This document shows, one piece after another, positions 62,398-64,000 of a stretch of 64,000 bases of DNA (position 1 is its first letter; every line of letters begins with the position of its first letter). The translations under genes were made by a program, and so were the position numbers. The DNA lies in contig CAWGRK010000006.1 of assembly GCA_963824995.1 (NCBI GenBank), positions 1 through 64,000 of the forward strand, written 5' to 3'. Under the pieces are notes generated by a model. That model saw nothing but the letters and a program-made list of their open reading frames with translations. It made no database searches and had not been told where the DNA came from. Origin of the DNA: an uncultured Actinomycetes bacterium. Lineage in GTDB: Bacteria > Actinomycetota > Acidimicrobiia > Spongiisociales > DATADW01.

Positions 62398-64000
62398 ATG
62401 CCTCAGCAAGGCCCGGAGCACGAGACGGCGGCGCTGCGCGCCACCATCCGGGCGCTCGAGGAGGAAACGTCGGTTCTGCGTCGCCGGCTGCAGGACGCTC
62501 CGCGCCGGGTGAGGGTGATGGAGGAGAGGCTCCTCGAGACCAAGGGCCAGCTCGCCCAGGTTGCAGCGCAGAACGAGAAGCTCACCGCCGTGCTCGAGGA
62601 GACCCGCGAGCAGCTCGCCGTGCTGCGCGACGAGGTCGAGAAGCTGACCACACCGCCCAACACCTTTGGGACCATCCTCCAGATCAACCAGGACGGGACG
62701 CTCGATGTCCTCTCCGCCGGGCGGAAGCTGCGGGTAGCCGCCCAGCCCAATATCGAGGTCAAGATGCTGGCGCGGGGCCAGGAGGTCCTGCTCAACGACT
62801 CCTACAACGTCGTTGACGTCCGCTCGTTCGAACCCACCGGCGAGGTCGTTGCCGTCAAGGAGAAGCTCGAGGACGGCCGGTTGCTGGTGCTGGCCCACGC
62901 CGACGAGGAACGGGTCGTCCAACTCGCCGAGCCGATGCGCGACGTTCCCATCCGCGCCGGTGACCACGTACGTATCGACTCGAGGACCGGTTTGGTGCAC
63001 GAGCGGCTTGCCCGTCCCGAGGTCGAGGAGCTGGTGCTCGAGGAGATCCCCGACGTCACCTACGAGGACGTTGGCGGTCTCGCCCACCAGATCGAGGAGA
63101 TCCGCGACGCGGTCGAGCTGCCATATGTCCACAAGGACCTGTTCGAGAAGTACGGGCTGGCGGCGCCCAAAGGCGTGCTTCTCTACGGACCGCCTGGCTG
63201 TGGCAAGACCCTCATCGCCAAGGCGGTGGCCAACAGCCTCGCCCTGGCGGTGGCGGAACGGACCGGTCGCAGCGACGCCCGCTCCTACTTCCTCAACATC
63301 AAGGGCCCCGAACTGCTCAACAAGTACGTGGGCGAGACCGAGCGACAGATCCGCTTGATCTTCCAGCGGGCAAAGGAGAAGTCCGAGGAGGGCGTCCCTG
63401 TCATCGTCTTCTTCGACGAGATGGACTCGCTATTCCGCACCAGGGGGAGTGGGATCTCCTCCGACGTCGAGTCGACCATCGTCCCGCAGCTTCTCTCCGA
63501 GCTCGACGGGGTGGAGAAGCTGAAGAACGTCATCGTGATCGGCGCCTCGAACCGCGAGGACCTGATCGACCCGGCGATCCTGCGCCCCGGCCGGCTCGAC
63601 GTGAAGATCAAGATCTCCCGCCCCGACGACAAGGCGGCGCGCCAGATATTCCGCATCTACCTCCAGGACGAGTTCCCACTCGATGCGTCCGAGCTCGAGC
63701 GACACGATGGCGAACGCGGCGAGATGGTGGACGAGTTGGTGTCGCGTACCGTCGATGCGATGTACGCCACCGACGAGGTCAACCGCTTCCTCGAGGTGAC
63801 CTACGCCAACGGGGACCGCGAGGTCCTCTTCTTCAAGGACTTTTCGAGCGGTGCCATGATCGAGAACATCGTGCGTCGAGCCAAGAAGGACGCCATAAAG
63901 CGGCACATCGAGACGGGAACAGGTGGCGTCCAGCTCAACGATCTGCTCTACGCCATAAAGCAGGAGTTCCGTGAGCACGAGGACCTGCCCAACACGACCA
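62398..64000 (+). CDS. arc: Proteasome-associated AAA ATPase ARC/Mpa (truncated by window end)
   Basis: GAGGAG SD and TATACT at 62356; coiled coil then [62 protein letters not shown]. Confidence 0.95.
   Translation, partial: MPQQGPEHETAALRATIRALEEETSVLRRRLQDAPRRVRVMEERLLETKGQLAQVAAQNEKLTAVLEETREQLAVLRDEVEKLTTPPNTFGTILQINQDGTLDVLSAGRKLRVAAQPNIEVKMLARGQEVLLNDSYNVVDVRSFEPTGEVVAVKEKLEDGRLLVLAHADEERVVQLAEPMRDVPIRAGDHVRIDSRTGLVHERLARPEVEELVLEEIPDVTYEDVGGLAHQIEEIRDAVELPYVHKDLFEKYGLAAPKGVLLYGPPGCGKTLIAKAVANSLALAVAERTGRSDARSYFLNIKGPELLNKYVGETERQIRLIFQRAKEKSEEGVPVIVFFDEMDSLFRTRGSGISSDVESTIVPQLLSELDGVEKLKNVIVIGASNREDLIDPAILRPGRLDVKIKISRPDDKAARQIFRIYLQDEFPLDASELERHDGERGEMVDELVSRTVDAMYATDEVNRFLEVTYANGDREVLFFKDFSSGAMIENIVRRAKKDAIKRHIETGTGGVQLNDLLYAIKQEFREHEDLPNTT

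Noticed and set aside
1..64000. Many long overlapping or antisense ORFs in the six-frame track (e.g. 29-1024, 50613-52031, 52128-53423)
   Set aside because: Shadow ORFs typical of high-GC DNA; Arg/Pro/Gly-rich, motif-free and opposite well-supported genes.

Overview
High-GC actinobacterial chromosomal segment. The trmI-ferredoxin-arc (proteasome ATPase) neighbourhood and the LexA/PafBC-type promoter motifs point to Actinomycetota; Acidimicrobiia is plausible but inferred. About 20 genes are split by single-base indels (roughly 40 frame breaks by manual reading), most simply explained by an unpolished long-read assembly, so many coordinates span reconstructed frameshifted genes. Content in order: VOC protein, tldD/pmbA, accessory enzymes and regulators (1-14 kb); a sensor kinase/LuxR regulator pair in front of a monoderm Tad/Flp pilus operon ending in a stand-alone DnaB-type (SF4) ATPase domain (14.5-26.5 kb); pfkB-family kinase and surE; a cyclic-nucleotide signalling region (29-47 kb); ftcD, MFS, SLH-VanW; a DUF222/HNH (13E12-like) gene with an SOS box and a RecA-NDp-type promoter; a TPM protein; tdh-kbl; trmI, ferredoxin and the 5' part of arc. 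The signalling region holds an NLR-like class III cyclase separated by one in-frame TGA from a nucleotide-translocase-like/HEAT/cNMP-binding protein, an MpaB/Lcp-type haem oxygenase coupled to an sAC-like STAND cyclase, and a PAS + metallo-beta-lactamase pair. The best candidates for undescribed systems are the two STAND-cyclase modules and the Tad + SF4-ATPase operon. I recognised no rRNA, tRNA, CRISPR array, transposase or prophage. Family assignments come from motif recognition by eye, not database searches.
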